Below are positions 52,820 to 64,000 of a stretch of DNA of 64,000 nt, piece after piece. The position numbers and the translations under genes were made by a program. Source of the DNA: Raillietiella orientalis (Eukaryota); assembly GCA_036172245.1 (NCBI GenBank), contig JAYWIR010000022.1:806001-870000 (forward strand), given 5' to 3'. The first letter of the stretch is position 1; each line of letters starts with the position of its first letter. Below the pieces are notes generated by a model. That model worked only from the letters and a program-made list of their open reading frames with translations, searched no databases and was not told the DNA's origin.

Positions 52820-53241
52820 CCGCGTCGGAGGCCGCGTGGTCACGGTCTCCGCGCGTAGCACCATGCGTGTCACGGGTTCGAATACTCCGAAAGAATGGAC
52901 TCCGAGTGCCCCGTGGGTTCGAGTCCCTCCTGCAAGATGACTCTGGTTGGCCTACATTCATTCGGGTGCAGCACTGGTGGCGGTTCAAACCGGATGTCTC
53001 CGATGAGGGCCGGGACAATGGGAGTCCACCTTCGAGTCCTTCCAGCAATCAAGGAGTGGGAGTTCTTCCCCTCCGGTTGTGAAGGAACGGACCCCCATTC
53101 CGGAGGGACTCTCCGCTCCGTACTGATGGATTAGGTGTGTCGCCACCTCTCCAGCCAGTGCAGAGAAACGAGCCGATCCCTTTGGGATCGGCTCGTTTGG
53201 AGCAATTGGGAAGCGTCCCTTCAGGATTCTCTTCAGAGGAG
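52820..53241 (+). mobile_element. tRNA-headed SINE-like repeat, 3'-truncated (short-linker subtype)
   Basis: Near-identical over long stretches to 43097-43510. Confidence 0.9.
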
Positions 53242-53299
53242 TCACAGGAGGACGGAGGAAAAGCAACTTAAACGGAGAGGAAATGACTTCTTTTGCACA

Positions 53300-54590
53300 G
53301 ATTTTTCTGTTCGAATTGCTTTTTAATCGTTCTAAGGTTTCTTCACGGTTATTCCGTTTTGTGAAGAATATACTGGTGAAAAAGCTGAGCATAGGGCAAG
53401 CAGCCCTAAGGATGAAAATTTCGACTGCCTACTTTGCCCCTGTGCGTTCTGTTCAACATTCCGTGGAAACTTTGATATTTCATAAAGGATAATGCCAAGG
53501 GTACCCAATCTTCTGTAATGTCTCCATACCAATTTTTCACTTTAATGTCAGTTTCATCCTATTGAATTCAGACTTCTAGTCTCTCAAGACTTTAACTTTA
53601 AAATTCAAGTTGTGCTGCAAAAACTTCCTCACACGTCAACCCACAAAGCTGAGTCCAATGCTCAGTTTGTTCCTCACTCTTGCCAAAAACATGCTTAAGG
53701 AATGCTCGACTGGAAGTGTTCGACGGAAATCTCGACCCGAGCGCCTATGGTTTTTTGGTCCCAGGCAAAAAAGGCATAGGAAATATACTGTGACCTCGTC
53801 GTCGTCTTTTTTTTTGTTTTCAACGCATGCACATGTCTGTTTCCCACTCTTCAGCCCCAGAGATGTGAATGCTTGTGAGATTAAAATTTTGTTATTCATC
53901 TTTCACGTCTATCACGAAATATAACAGTCCAATACGCTATGCATGGCTTTGCATTCATAAGGGGCTACGAAGATATATATAATAATAATGAATATATATT
54001 ATTATTATTATTATTTGCAAGTATCTTTGAAAACAGCATTACTGTAAAAAAATCCTTTCGTTAATACCGCTTCAATGATTCTGGTAACCCGTCTGTATGT
54101 TTCAGTTGATTCAGACAAGAATCACCCTTGAGCAGTTCGTAGGAAAGTGCTGACTTTTTTAAAGCTGACTATCTGGATAGCTCAGAAGTTATCATTACAT
54201 AACAGTTTTGTCCTCTTTCTTCATTGTGAATGTACTTTGTGTCTTTCGTGTTCCATGTTTGCGTAATGAAATTCCGATTTTCAGATCGTAACCCTTGATT
54301 TAGCATCAAGAAGAATGACAACAGAAACAGATCTTACATCTTCTCTGTGGTCGAACTCTCTTCATGATCCAACGGAGTCTTTGCACGTCCTTTACTTGCG
54401 TAATAACACAAGACCAGTTTGTAGAAGGCAGAAATCCTCACCAAACCCTTTCGAACCATACTGTCCCATCCAGCATGCAGTCCAGACAAAGTCCTATCAG
54501 ACTTCAATCTGGTCCTATGAAAGGGGGAATGAGATTCGTGGAGAAAAGTTCAGGAATGATAATAACTCTGTTATCGAGATTAATTCGGAC
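53300..54590 (-). mobile_element. Possible decayed hAT-type transposase relic
   Basis: LKSQHF...ESTE at ~54105-54160 resembles the hAT catalytic FS...DESTD region; no intact ORF. Confidence 0.25.
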
Positions 54591-54599
54591 TTCTGATGG

Positions 54600-55586
54600 A
54601 TCCGTGAGTTCTTTTTCTTCTGTCTTCGCTGTTTTCTTTTTTTTTTTCTTCGGATTTTCTTTTTTTTTTGGTTCGCTAAGTGCGCCTCAAGAGCCGGTTG
54701 CGTGCCTCTCGACGAAAGTGGCCCTTTTAAACACACTGTTTTGTCTATACGCCACTCCGCCTGAGGCAGTCCGCAAGGGAGGGCGTGTAAATTCTTCAGC
54801 ATAGGGCACCCCGGGATGGAGGGGTCCGCCCTATGAATCCAGGAAGAGCTCGGAGTCCGTTCCTCTCACGCCTTGGGAAGGATTCCCCCCTATCTGGGGT
54901 GGATCTCACCTCCCACCCTGGTTGTCTCCCAAAGGGAACCCCGAAGGGAATCTCCTTCTTCATTCAATCCGGAGGGACACCCACCACCTAATAGGGAGAG
55001 TGGTCTTCTCCATTTCAACTTCTCTAAAGGGAACCCGGAAAGGATCCGCTAGAAGGAATTTCTTCTCTGGAGTGAACCCGCAAGGGAACCGCTCCTGTTC
55101 ACTCCTCTGAAGAGAACCCCGAAGGGACACTTCCGAAAGGGGCGCTGCATCTTTCCGCAGGGAGATCTCTCTCTCTTGCTTCCTTGCACTCTCGAAGAGG
55201 CAGAGACTCGGAGGTTCCCCCTGCATCAGGGGGGTCCGCTCCTTTGAACAACTAGAGATGTGCCCATGAGGGCTCCTGCTCCATCTTGAAACCGGAGGGG
55301 TCCTCCGGTGAGGGGGTCCGCTCTCCGTTGTACGACCAGAGGGGGAACTCCCCACTCCTTGATTCCTGGAGGGACCCGAAGGTCGGCTCCAATTATTCTG
55401 ACCTTCATCGGGAGGCTTCATGGGAGGCCTCCGGCTTAATCCACTACCGGTGCCACGCAAGAATGTCCCGGCCAACCAGCGCCATTGCAGGAGAAACTCG
55501 GAACCCAACGGCGCAGTGGCGTCAGTTTCTGCCGCAGCGCATGGTGCCACGCGCGGAAGCCTTAACCACAAGGCCTCCGACGCGGG
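54600..55586 (-). mobile_element. tRNA-headed SINE-like repeat, longest copy (~985 bp)
   Basis: Reverse complement head cccgcgtcggaggccttgtggttaagg (first B-box lost, second retained), full hairpin body, 3' stem-loop at ~54801-54834 and A-rich tail. Confidence 0.9.
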
Positions 55587-56787
55587 CCTCTGACGGACCC
55601 AAAAGGACTTTCCCGATTCTCGCAAGAAGTAGAGTCTGAAATCATACTTCTAAGTTACGGGAATCGGAAAAAGATGAAAACTACATGAGTAAACAGTGTA
55701 GATGAGCATGTGCCATTTGAGCAGCAAGTCCTATTGCTGTAAAGATTCCTGGAGGGAACTTTGCAGATGCTGAACAGTAGGTGGGAAGCTCTTTAGGAAT
55801 CGAAGTGATGAAACACGAGATGCTGCGGTTCGTCAACAGCCTCATTTTTGGAATTTTATGCTATTGCGGCTGTAGTAATTACTGCAGCTTGGGAGTAGGA
55901 AGTTGGGCATGCGCTAAGTGAGAAGGGAAAGAATAGAGGTATTCTCTTCACCACTGCAAGAGAAGAAAGGAAAGGAAGGAAAAAAGAAGGCAAAAAACGG
56001 ATGCATGCACCAAAGTTTCGGAGACCTTCAACTTCATCCGTGAAACGAGCCATTGAAACGAGACTGCATTGCTATTTGAAATTAAATTTTCTGGACCACT
56101 CCTACTTTTTTATTCTGTATGAGGGAAAGAAATGAAACATTATTTCGAGATGCTTGCATCAAAGGGAAGCTCTCGTCCTACTGGACCATATTCCTGTATT
56201 GCAGAGAAGTGCATCTGAAGGTCATGGCATCATGACCATTTGGTGTTTGGTTGATTTTGTGTGTGGAAAGTTGATGGCATGGTATATTATAAAGCTGCAG
56301 AAGCTAAAGAAACCTCAAATGAAACCTTTCAATCAGAGAAACAGACCTTCAGTGTGGTTCCCCCAAATCTGTCAAGATCGAAAGACTGGGTGGATTAGTG
56401 GATAGAAGGACGGGTAGGATTGGTCAGCCATTTTGCATGGATCGAATACCTGTTTTTCGGCGTGCTTTATTTCTTCATCCTCAGATATTAGTCTACATCC
56501 CTGTTTCCGAAATGAAGAATCTTTTTTCCCCACCTCAGGTTCTTGGTGTTATTCCTCCAAGCCATATCCTGTGCAAACTCCGATTCCCATAGAACTTTCC
56601 ATCGAGTTTTTCACATCCAGGAGCGAGCTCTAGACTGGCTGCTCACTTTCTGCATCTATCTTCGAGGGAAGAACGGCGAATAAGGGAAGAAAGCACGAAT
56701 GAAAAGAAATGCCTTGGCTGCCTAATCAGCGAACTATATATTGATCGGCAAAGAAGAAGCACATCAGCAAGGATGCTGACTGGATGC

Positions 56788-59700
56788 TCATAGGTGGGAT
56801 GTCACGAAGTCGGCATCGGACTCTATGCAAAGTCCTCGAGTCTCGATGTGCTGCGGCCCCTCTTGCCGCCGAGAGTCCTCGCGGGCATCTATGCCGACCG
56901 CGAAGTGGAAGGCTTCATCGACGTCGTAGAAAGAGTGCTTCAGCTTATCCAAGACTCCGCTTCTTCGTAGTCTCGAACAAAGGTGATCTTGCACCACCGA
57001 GCATCAGAGCGGTCGCCCGCGAAGAGCCGAAACACAAACCTCCGACTGCGGAGAAAATCACGTTCACTCCGCAAAGAGTGAAGCTTTCCAGGATGTCCAG
57101 CACCATCTCCGCTCCTGCACTGTCGACTCTGGGCACAGCAGAGAAGTCCAAAATCAGAGATGTGAAAGGCAATGAGGGATGTATTGGAGGTCCACCGCCA
57201 GCAGCTTCCTTCTTCCGATCATTTGGAACGCAATCGCAGAAAGAGGAACCCCAAGTTTTCTGTTTCACATCTTGGGTGCCTGTCCATGGAAAAAGAAAGT
57301 CATTGGAAAAGTGTAAGACACCATCACTAGCCAGGAAGTCTCTGGAAAATTGTAAGGAAGGAAAAAGAAATCTGCTCCTTGTGAAAAATAATGCGATGGT
57401 CCGGAGCTAAAGAGATTTGCAGGGAATTTTTCGCAGACCCAAGAGTGGTCCACAGCTTTCGAACCCGTATTTTTCCGAAGGAGCTGCACGGTACCCCTGG
57501 AACGCGTCTTCCCTTGCGCAACCTGTCCCGAGGGCTTTCCTTCTTAGCGCAGAGTTTAAAAGCAATAATTGAGAAACCTTTTGGATTCTTCTGTCTTCGC
57601 TATTTTCCTTCCAGCCTTTTTTGGGGAGGGGGGAGGGGGTAAAGTCTTTTCTTTTGGTTTTCCAAGTGCCAAAGAGCCCTTCTCCTCCTTAGGAGAGGCA
57701 CACGGATCTCTTTGACACTATCCACGCCACCCGAGGATGCGTGTGACTCTTCAAGTTAGGGGGGACAGCAACCTCGGAGGGACCACACTTTGAATCCAGG
57801 AAAGCTCCGTTCCTCTTGCGCTCTGGAAGAGAACTCTCCCTCTAGTTGTCTCCAAAGTGAAAGCCCCTCTTCCTTATTTTCTCCGGAGGTACCCCCCGGA
57901 AGGGAACTGCTTCTTTTTCCTCAATGCAATCTCTCTGAAGGGCGTCCCCTGAAGGGAGCAGTGCGCTTCTTACACTCCGGATGAGCCAATACCCCGAAAG
58001 GGGTATCAAACGGCACCATTGATTTTTTCTTTTTTGGAATAATGACGCAGAACACCTTCCGTTTCATCCCTATTAGCAGGTCCCATCACCGTTCTCCTCA
58101 TCGACGTGAACTGGTGAGGGTCCAGCTCCGGATGCGAACGAAGCTCCTCACCCCTTTCTGAGCTCTCGCAACTCCACGGTATGACGGAAGTATGACTTTA
58201 AGTATGACTGTTCGTCTGCTCTCATCTCACCCTGCGGACTTACAAGAGGGGCACCGAAAATCCTACCAAATATGTCTGACTAGTACGGACTGTCTGTACC
58301 TACTCTGGAGTTTCTAAGTGACCACTGGCAAGCTACAAGAGGGAATGACTGTAAACCCAAAGCAGACCGTGGGGGTTTGCTGAATTTCTTTTGCATGTAT
58401 TCTTGCTTGCGTTTCTGTTACGGGACGTGCAAAAAACCTGTATATGTTGCAAGGGTTTCTCGACAGATTTACGTGTGTGTGCAGTGACGTAACCGTGGTG
58501 CACGAGCGGAACTCAGAATGGGAGCTTTCACTTGACGTTCGCAAGGTCGAGCACTCTGTGACTCTCGGCACGGGAGCAGGAGACGTTCGCACTACCGCGT
58601 CAAAGTGTCCGCCTTCCTTTTACTCGCGAACTGGACCAGCAATCAAAGAAATAATCGAAAGAGGTAGCTGCGCTTGCCATGAGCTCTGACACTCTCTGAT
58701 CCAAAGAGTTCTTTTTCCTGTTTTATCGATTGTCTCAGCTTCCTCCCGAGCTTTCCTCTCAGCCAGCCACTTGGAGCTCTACCGAACACGCTCGGACGCT
58801 CCAGGACTGTCACGTGTCAGATGGTCAATTATGCCTATGTACTTGGAGTTCCTTTCTTCTTCCTAGAACTTTCTTCCTTTTCCTACCCCTTTCTTGGGGA
58901 ACTTCTTTCCCCAAGGTTGGTAGGCTTCCATAGGGGGGCAGGAAAGGGAGGCCTTAGCGATCAAAAGGTGCATCCTCTCCACAAAGGAATGCTCATTCCA
59001 GTTTTGCAAATTACCATTCTGGAAAAGACTTCGCGACTGTTCTGCCGTAGACAGTTGGCACGTTGTCTCCATCCTGCTCTGTGGTAAGTCTGTCCTTTTT
59101 CCGGGTCCTCTCACCCCTTTCAGCGTGATTCGGCTCATTTCGGTCTTTCCGATCTGAAATTCTCAGTGGAATGTTCCTAATCCAGTGTGAGAATCAGAAA
59201 ATGACCCGGAGGGCGGAACGCAAATCACAGGAGGCAGGTGAACAGATGCTCTCCTTAATCTCTCTGGCCTCTGGAAAGCGCCATTTCTCTTCAGGAAGCG
59301 AACACGCGGCAGCTCTCCTCCACAGCCCTGGTCTCGGATCGGCAACGTCGCGGCAAGATCTCACGGATTTCCCGCCCGCCTCGAAGAGGAGTCTCCTAGC
59401 TACCCTGCAGTAGCAGATTCTTCTTGGAAGGGCAGCCTAAGCTTCGGAGAGAGGGATGCAGACCGCTGTGTAGGAAAGCCGAGGAAGGATTTCGGACCCT
59501 TGGCAATGGGAAGGAAAATTCCTGTGGGAGAAGCGAGGGAGGAACAAGAGGCGGTAATTAAGAAGGAAGACTCGAGGACCAGTCTGCCAGGAGGTGCCCC
59601 TGCAGAACCTTCCTCGAGATGACGCCTCTGGAAATGAGTACGGTTTCCCCAGAGAGCTCTCGACCCCCGTCAGCCGTCTGCGCGCACGCCACGCACGCCC

Positions 59701-62479
59701 TGGGGACTCGAAGTGCCCCCTCTATGGCACACCTCATGGACTCGTTTGCTCCATGAAGCAAGGAGATACTGGGGAAATGCATTAGAACAGCGTTGTGCGC
59801 ATGATGCTTGGCTACCGATGAAGCCCGAGGAAGAGTTTCTCTCCTCGTTGAGTCCACGCTTGGAGGTCGGGGAGGAGAAGAAAAAAGCCCATCTCTGAAC
59901 ATAGAGTGAGAAATCTAGGAGATCGGGATGCGGGAACGGGAGCGACAGTAGAATCAACCACCTTCTTATCTCCAAGAAGAACATCCAAGAAGCTTCCGAA
60001 GCTTCAGGGATGCGAAGTCTGGAGGGTCTTCAGCTGGCGTGGGTAACAGGTGGGTGAGAAACTGCAACCCTACACCGGTCCGCATCGTTCTCCCACTCAC
60101 CCCACTCTCAGCGTTCCCTCCCGTTCTCTAGCCCCAAGGATTCTCAAGGATGAGGACTCGTAGGGCTCAGCGTGGGGCGAACGATGGAGCTCCAAACCGC
60201 TCCATCGTAAGGGAGGGCAAGAGATGTGGGGGAAATGCTACTCCAGCAGTAGAACGGACGGTTTCGGTGGGGGGTTTTCTGCAGCTTCCATCTCTCGAAG
60301 CTGGGGCGCGGAGGGCTCGGAGTGCCCAGGAGGCAAAGGCGGGAAGAATGGTAACCGGAAGAATGGGACTCATCACTCGGCGGATTAACCAAATGCTCCA
60401 GGGACCAGGAGAAGGAAGAGGACCGAAAGCAAGGAAGAAAGAAAGGAGAAGGGGACGACGGGCGACGGTGAACGCGAACCGGCTTGACATCCGAAGGTCG
60501 CGCTGCCGCAAGGGGTCGTTCTTGAACTCTGGTCCCCTGCATGTCCTGAAGTACCCTTCCTGCTCCTCTTCTTCGACCACTCCACCGGATCGAAACGCAG
60601 CTGCTGGCACAGGCTCCTGTAGAAGTGGTCCACGGTGGCAAAGTTCAGCTCCCCGTAGTATCGAAAGACCCGGACTACCCTCTCCTCCTCGACTGCGGTC
60701 TGGGAAATAGACGGTGGGAGGCTTCAGGCTGATGCCCCGGCTTTCGTCAGAGGTCCTTCCCTTCCGCGAAGACCTCAGGAGCCTGGGAGGGAGGGAGCGC
60801 CACTTACCTGCGAAAGCATCCCCTCCTCCTCGCCGCCACCGCCGCGCTTCAGGATGGAAGCCTTTGGGTGGAGCGCGTTCCTGAGGAGGATGCCCAGGCT
60901 GACGAAGAGGGAAGTGCCCATGCCGTGAACAAGGCCTAGGATGACTGTCGACAGAAAGGTCGTCGTCCACAAGAACCCTTCCTCCTTGGAGCTCCTCCAG
61001 AAGCGGACGGCGTCGGCCACCTGCAGCACCAAGTTCCTCGTCGAGGAGACGATGATGGCGGCCAGCACCGCCTTGAAGGAAGAGGAGAAAGCCGCTCGAA
61101 TGGCGTCGGGACAGGAGGGATGCATAGGAAACTCACGAGAGGAAGGTCCTCGAAGAAGGAGGCGACGCAGGTTAGGATGAAGAGCACCCCCGCGCAGGAG
61201 AGGAGTGAGGAGAGCGGGGTCTTCCCTCCGGCGTCGAAGGCAGGCAGGCTCCTGACGGGCGCTTCGCTCACGGCCGTGCAGCCGAAGAGGCTCCCAAAAG
61301 CGTTCGCCATCCCCTGAAAGGAGGAACACGACGGCGAGGGATAAGCGAAGGAGGACAGACCCTTCTCCTTCCCTATTACTCCGGGAGCCTCACCAGGGCC
61401 AGCAACTCCTGGTTGGCGTCCACCCGCAACGGCGCTGGCTTCGGAGCCCTCCGGGAGTAGAGCCTCGCCATGGAGAGGGAGGTGACGTACGCAACCAAGG
61501 AGACCTTCAGGGATTCCGGAATCGTGCGCAGGACGAGATCCATGGGAGGAATTTTGCAGGGAGGAAAGCTGAAAAGGACAGGAGGGACCTTTCCGGCTGC
61601 GGCCCCACGTCCCAAGTCCCCCTACCATCCGACGAGTCCAGACGGCTCGCACGTGCGCTACGACTCCTAACTCGACGGCTGCGCTATCTGGGTCCTCCCC
61701 CCCCCCTCCCCTGCATCCTTGCTCACAAGATGCAGGAGAAGCCTGTTGAAAGAAAGAATACAGGGGTAGGACAAGGGGCTGCGCAACGTCACCCAAACCC
61801 CGGCTTCGGAACGAGGCACCCCATGGCTGCGCGACGAGCCACCTCAACAGATCCCATCAAGAGAAGAAAAAGAGGGAGCAGGAAGGGACAACCAGAGTTG
61901 ACGCGGGATTTTCCCGTAGACGAGAGTTCGCTAGTAAAGAGGTTGGGAATGCAGACTCCCGAATCCTCAGCAAGGACGGAGAGGCTGAGGGGAGGGGACT
62001 TCCCAGAGTCTGAGAAAGGACGCACGGGATGAGCGGATCGTCTTCTCTTCGCACGTCTTCGTGCCTACTCTCCTCCTTCCCACCCACCCTTAGAAAATGA
62101 TCCCGGTCGTCCATCGTCCATCCACTGCGCACTCTGCGCCCCATGAACCCCCCCCCCCCCCTTTATCCCGTCAAAATAGACCTCCGACGGCTTGCTGGTC
62201 GGGGCCGGCGGAATCAGCTAGGTAGAGCCCTCGCTGCTCCTGCCTCCCGCAATCGCGAGAGGACGCAAGACCTGCCTTGAGCACGTGGGCGAGAGGACGG
62301 TGCGCCGCGCGCGCCAAGGAGGGGGGGATGGCCCCAAAGACTCACCTTGTCGGGACATCCTCCAGGACGGGGATGTCGAACGCGTCGGCGAGCCCCGCGT
62401 ACCTCGATAGGAAGGTGGCGACCACCACGATGATCAGATCGAAGGGAAGAGGGATGCTCGTCCACCTAGCGATTCTGGG
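56788..62479 (-). CDS. SLC26/SulP family anion transporter with STAS domain, 3' exons (5' exons not located in window)
   Basis: Exons 62479-62346 (IPLPFDLIIVVVAT), 61568-61394 (DANQELLAL), 61313-61137 (GMANAFGSLF..RS..GGKT), 61071-60808 (AVLAAIIV), 60699-60555 or -60480 (VFRYYGELNFA), 57279-57040 (LILDFSAVPRVDSAG, STAS) and 56987-56788 (stop). All GT-AG and phase-compatible. Confidence 0.9.
57562..58010 (-). mobile_element. 5'-truncated SINE-like copy in an SLC26 intron
   Basis: Family tail (plus strand ttcttctgtcttcgct), ccacgccacccgagg, gaatccagg and body hairpins. Confidence 0.8.
58380..59900 (+). mobile_element. Degenerate LINE EN/ORF2 fragment in an SLC26 intron (antisense to host)
   Basis: LYMLQG (LQET-like, ~58440) and YVLGV (GDFN-like, ~58836); decayed. 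Confidence 0.35.
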
Positions 62480-62965
62480 CTGCCGGAAGGAAGGTAGGGG
62501 CATCAGACGCGAAAAGAGACACTCAGCAAGCACGCCCGCCCCCTCCCCGTACCAGGCGCACACACACGAGGAGGCATGCCGAACCCAAGCGCACACTCTC
62601 CGGAAGGCGGAGCACGCCACCTGCACGCACACGCAACCACGCGAGTGCACGTGCGGGTCTCTAGGAGACGCACGGGGCGCGTGACGCAGCCCGTACTCTC
62701 AAGGTTTGTCGAATGGCTCCCGTTCGAGTTCCCGCTCCGGAGAAGCGAGAGGCGCGGCCAAGGAAGCGCACCTCCCTGCCAGGCGAGTGCGGGAGTTCGC
62801 ACAACAGCCTGTGGAGTCCGTGGATTCTCCAGGTCGTTCCTCATCGTCGCGTGCGTTGGAGCCCTCCCGGCGTAGCTTCGGAGAGATGCTCTAGAGATGC
62901 CAACATCCTGCGAGTGCGGACGTCGCTAGTTTGCTTTGTGGACCTCCAGCGATTCTCTCCGCACA

Positions 62966-63743
62966 ATGGTGGGAATCCTTCCGGGTTTCTCTGCTTTCTT
63001 CCGGACTTTTCTTTTGAGGAAAGGTGGGAAGTCTTTTTTCTTTTGGTTCACCAAGTACTGCAGGGACATTCACCTCCTCGGGGAGGGAGGAGGGCACAAA
63101 GCTCAAGCTCTGTCCTCGTCACCAGAGGATACGTGTAACTCTTCAATTTTTAAGGTGCAACCCCGGAGGGATCACCATATGCATCCAGGAAAGGCTCCGT
63201 AGAAAAGGGTCCGTTCCTCTCACATCTGGGGAGGGATTCGAAGAACCTTCACCCTGGTTGTTTCCGAAGGGAACCCTGAAGGAACCTTTTCCTCATTCTC
63301 TCCGGAGGAACTCCGGAGGTGACCGGTCCATTTTTTCTTTTCCAGAGGAAACCGCTCCTGTTTACTCTGCAGAGAACCGCTAAGGGACGCTTCGCAATTT
63401 TTCTGAAGGGCACCCCCCGAAGGGAGCCGCTCTCTTTTTACACTACAGAGAGGCAACCCCGAAGACATCCGAACACAACCGGAGGGGAACCCCGAAGAAA
63501 TTCCAGGAACCTGGGGGTCATCTTCCAATCCTGACCAGTCAATGGTAGCATCTGGCTTCCACCAGTGCTGCACCCGAAGTTAACCAAAGCCAGCCAGCGT
63601 CATCCAGAGGGGGGGGGGGACTCAAAACCCATGACACTCCCCCTCTCTTATTTCTCGGAGTCGGTCCTCTTCCCTGTGAAATTCAAACCCGCAACGCTTG
63701 GTGCCACGCGCGGAGACGGCAGCCACACGGCTGCCAACGCAGG
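62966..63743 (-). mobile_element. tRNA-headed SINE-like repeat (long-linker subtype)
   Basis: Reverse complement head gcagccgtgtggctgccgtctccgcgcgtggcaccaagcgttgcgggtttgaat, central gggtgcagcactggtgg block, body and tail. Confidence 0.88.
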
Positions 63744-64000
63744 CGGTTCCGTTCTCGGAAGAGGGCGCTCAGCACTGCTCTTTGGAGAGCTCCGGCCGAG
63801 GAACTTGTGTTCAGGGAGCGCCTTCTGCTTTAGAGAGAAGAGCACCCCTCGTTCGGACCGGGGCCACGCGTCCACCGGGGCACCCACACTCAAGTCCACC
63901 ACACAGGGTTGCCACTCCTTTCTGGCGAAGCGTTGCGTTGCCAGAAGGTAAAAATGGGAAAATTTCCGCGTGAGACACCCGCCGGAAGACCGGACGACCA

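Noticed and set aside
60167..61847. Long ORFs 60167-60970 and 60936-61847 as independent genes
   Set aside because: Explained as read-through of SLC26 exons and short GC-rich introns.

Overview
Eukaryotic (animal, probably arthropod) nuclear DNA dominated by decayed transposons, with four spliced host genes: a RhoL-like Rho GTPase (+, 4 coding exons, 18832-26196), EMC5/MMGT1 (+, 47418-47962) tail-to-tail with mitochondrial ribosomal protein L2 (-, 48009-49381) in a compact AT-rich island, and the 3' part of an SLC26/SulP-STAS anion transporter (-, 56788-62479, 5' exons not located). The rest holds many degenerate L1/Tx1-like LINE fragments, a decayed endonuclease-bearing Helitron (Helentron, -, ~32.8-38.9 kb), possible hAT relics, and a 258-bp mitochondrial 16S rRNA NUMT inserted cleanly into a LINE ORF2. 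There are also about 10 copies of an unusually long (up to ~1 kb) tRNA-headed SINE-like family. Its body is a degenerate internal repeat carrying cUUCGg-capped (sense) and GNRA-capped (antisense) hairpins plus a conserved 3' stem-loop. This structured SINE-like RNA is the best candidate for an undescribed element. All calls are by eye from motif recall; no searches or folding were run, and transposon boundaries are approximate.
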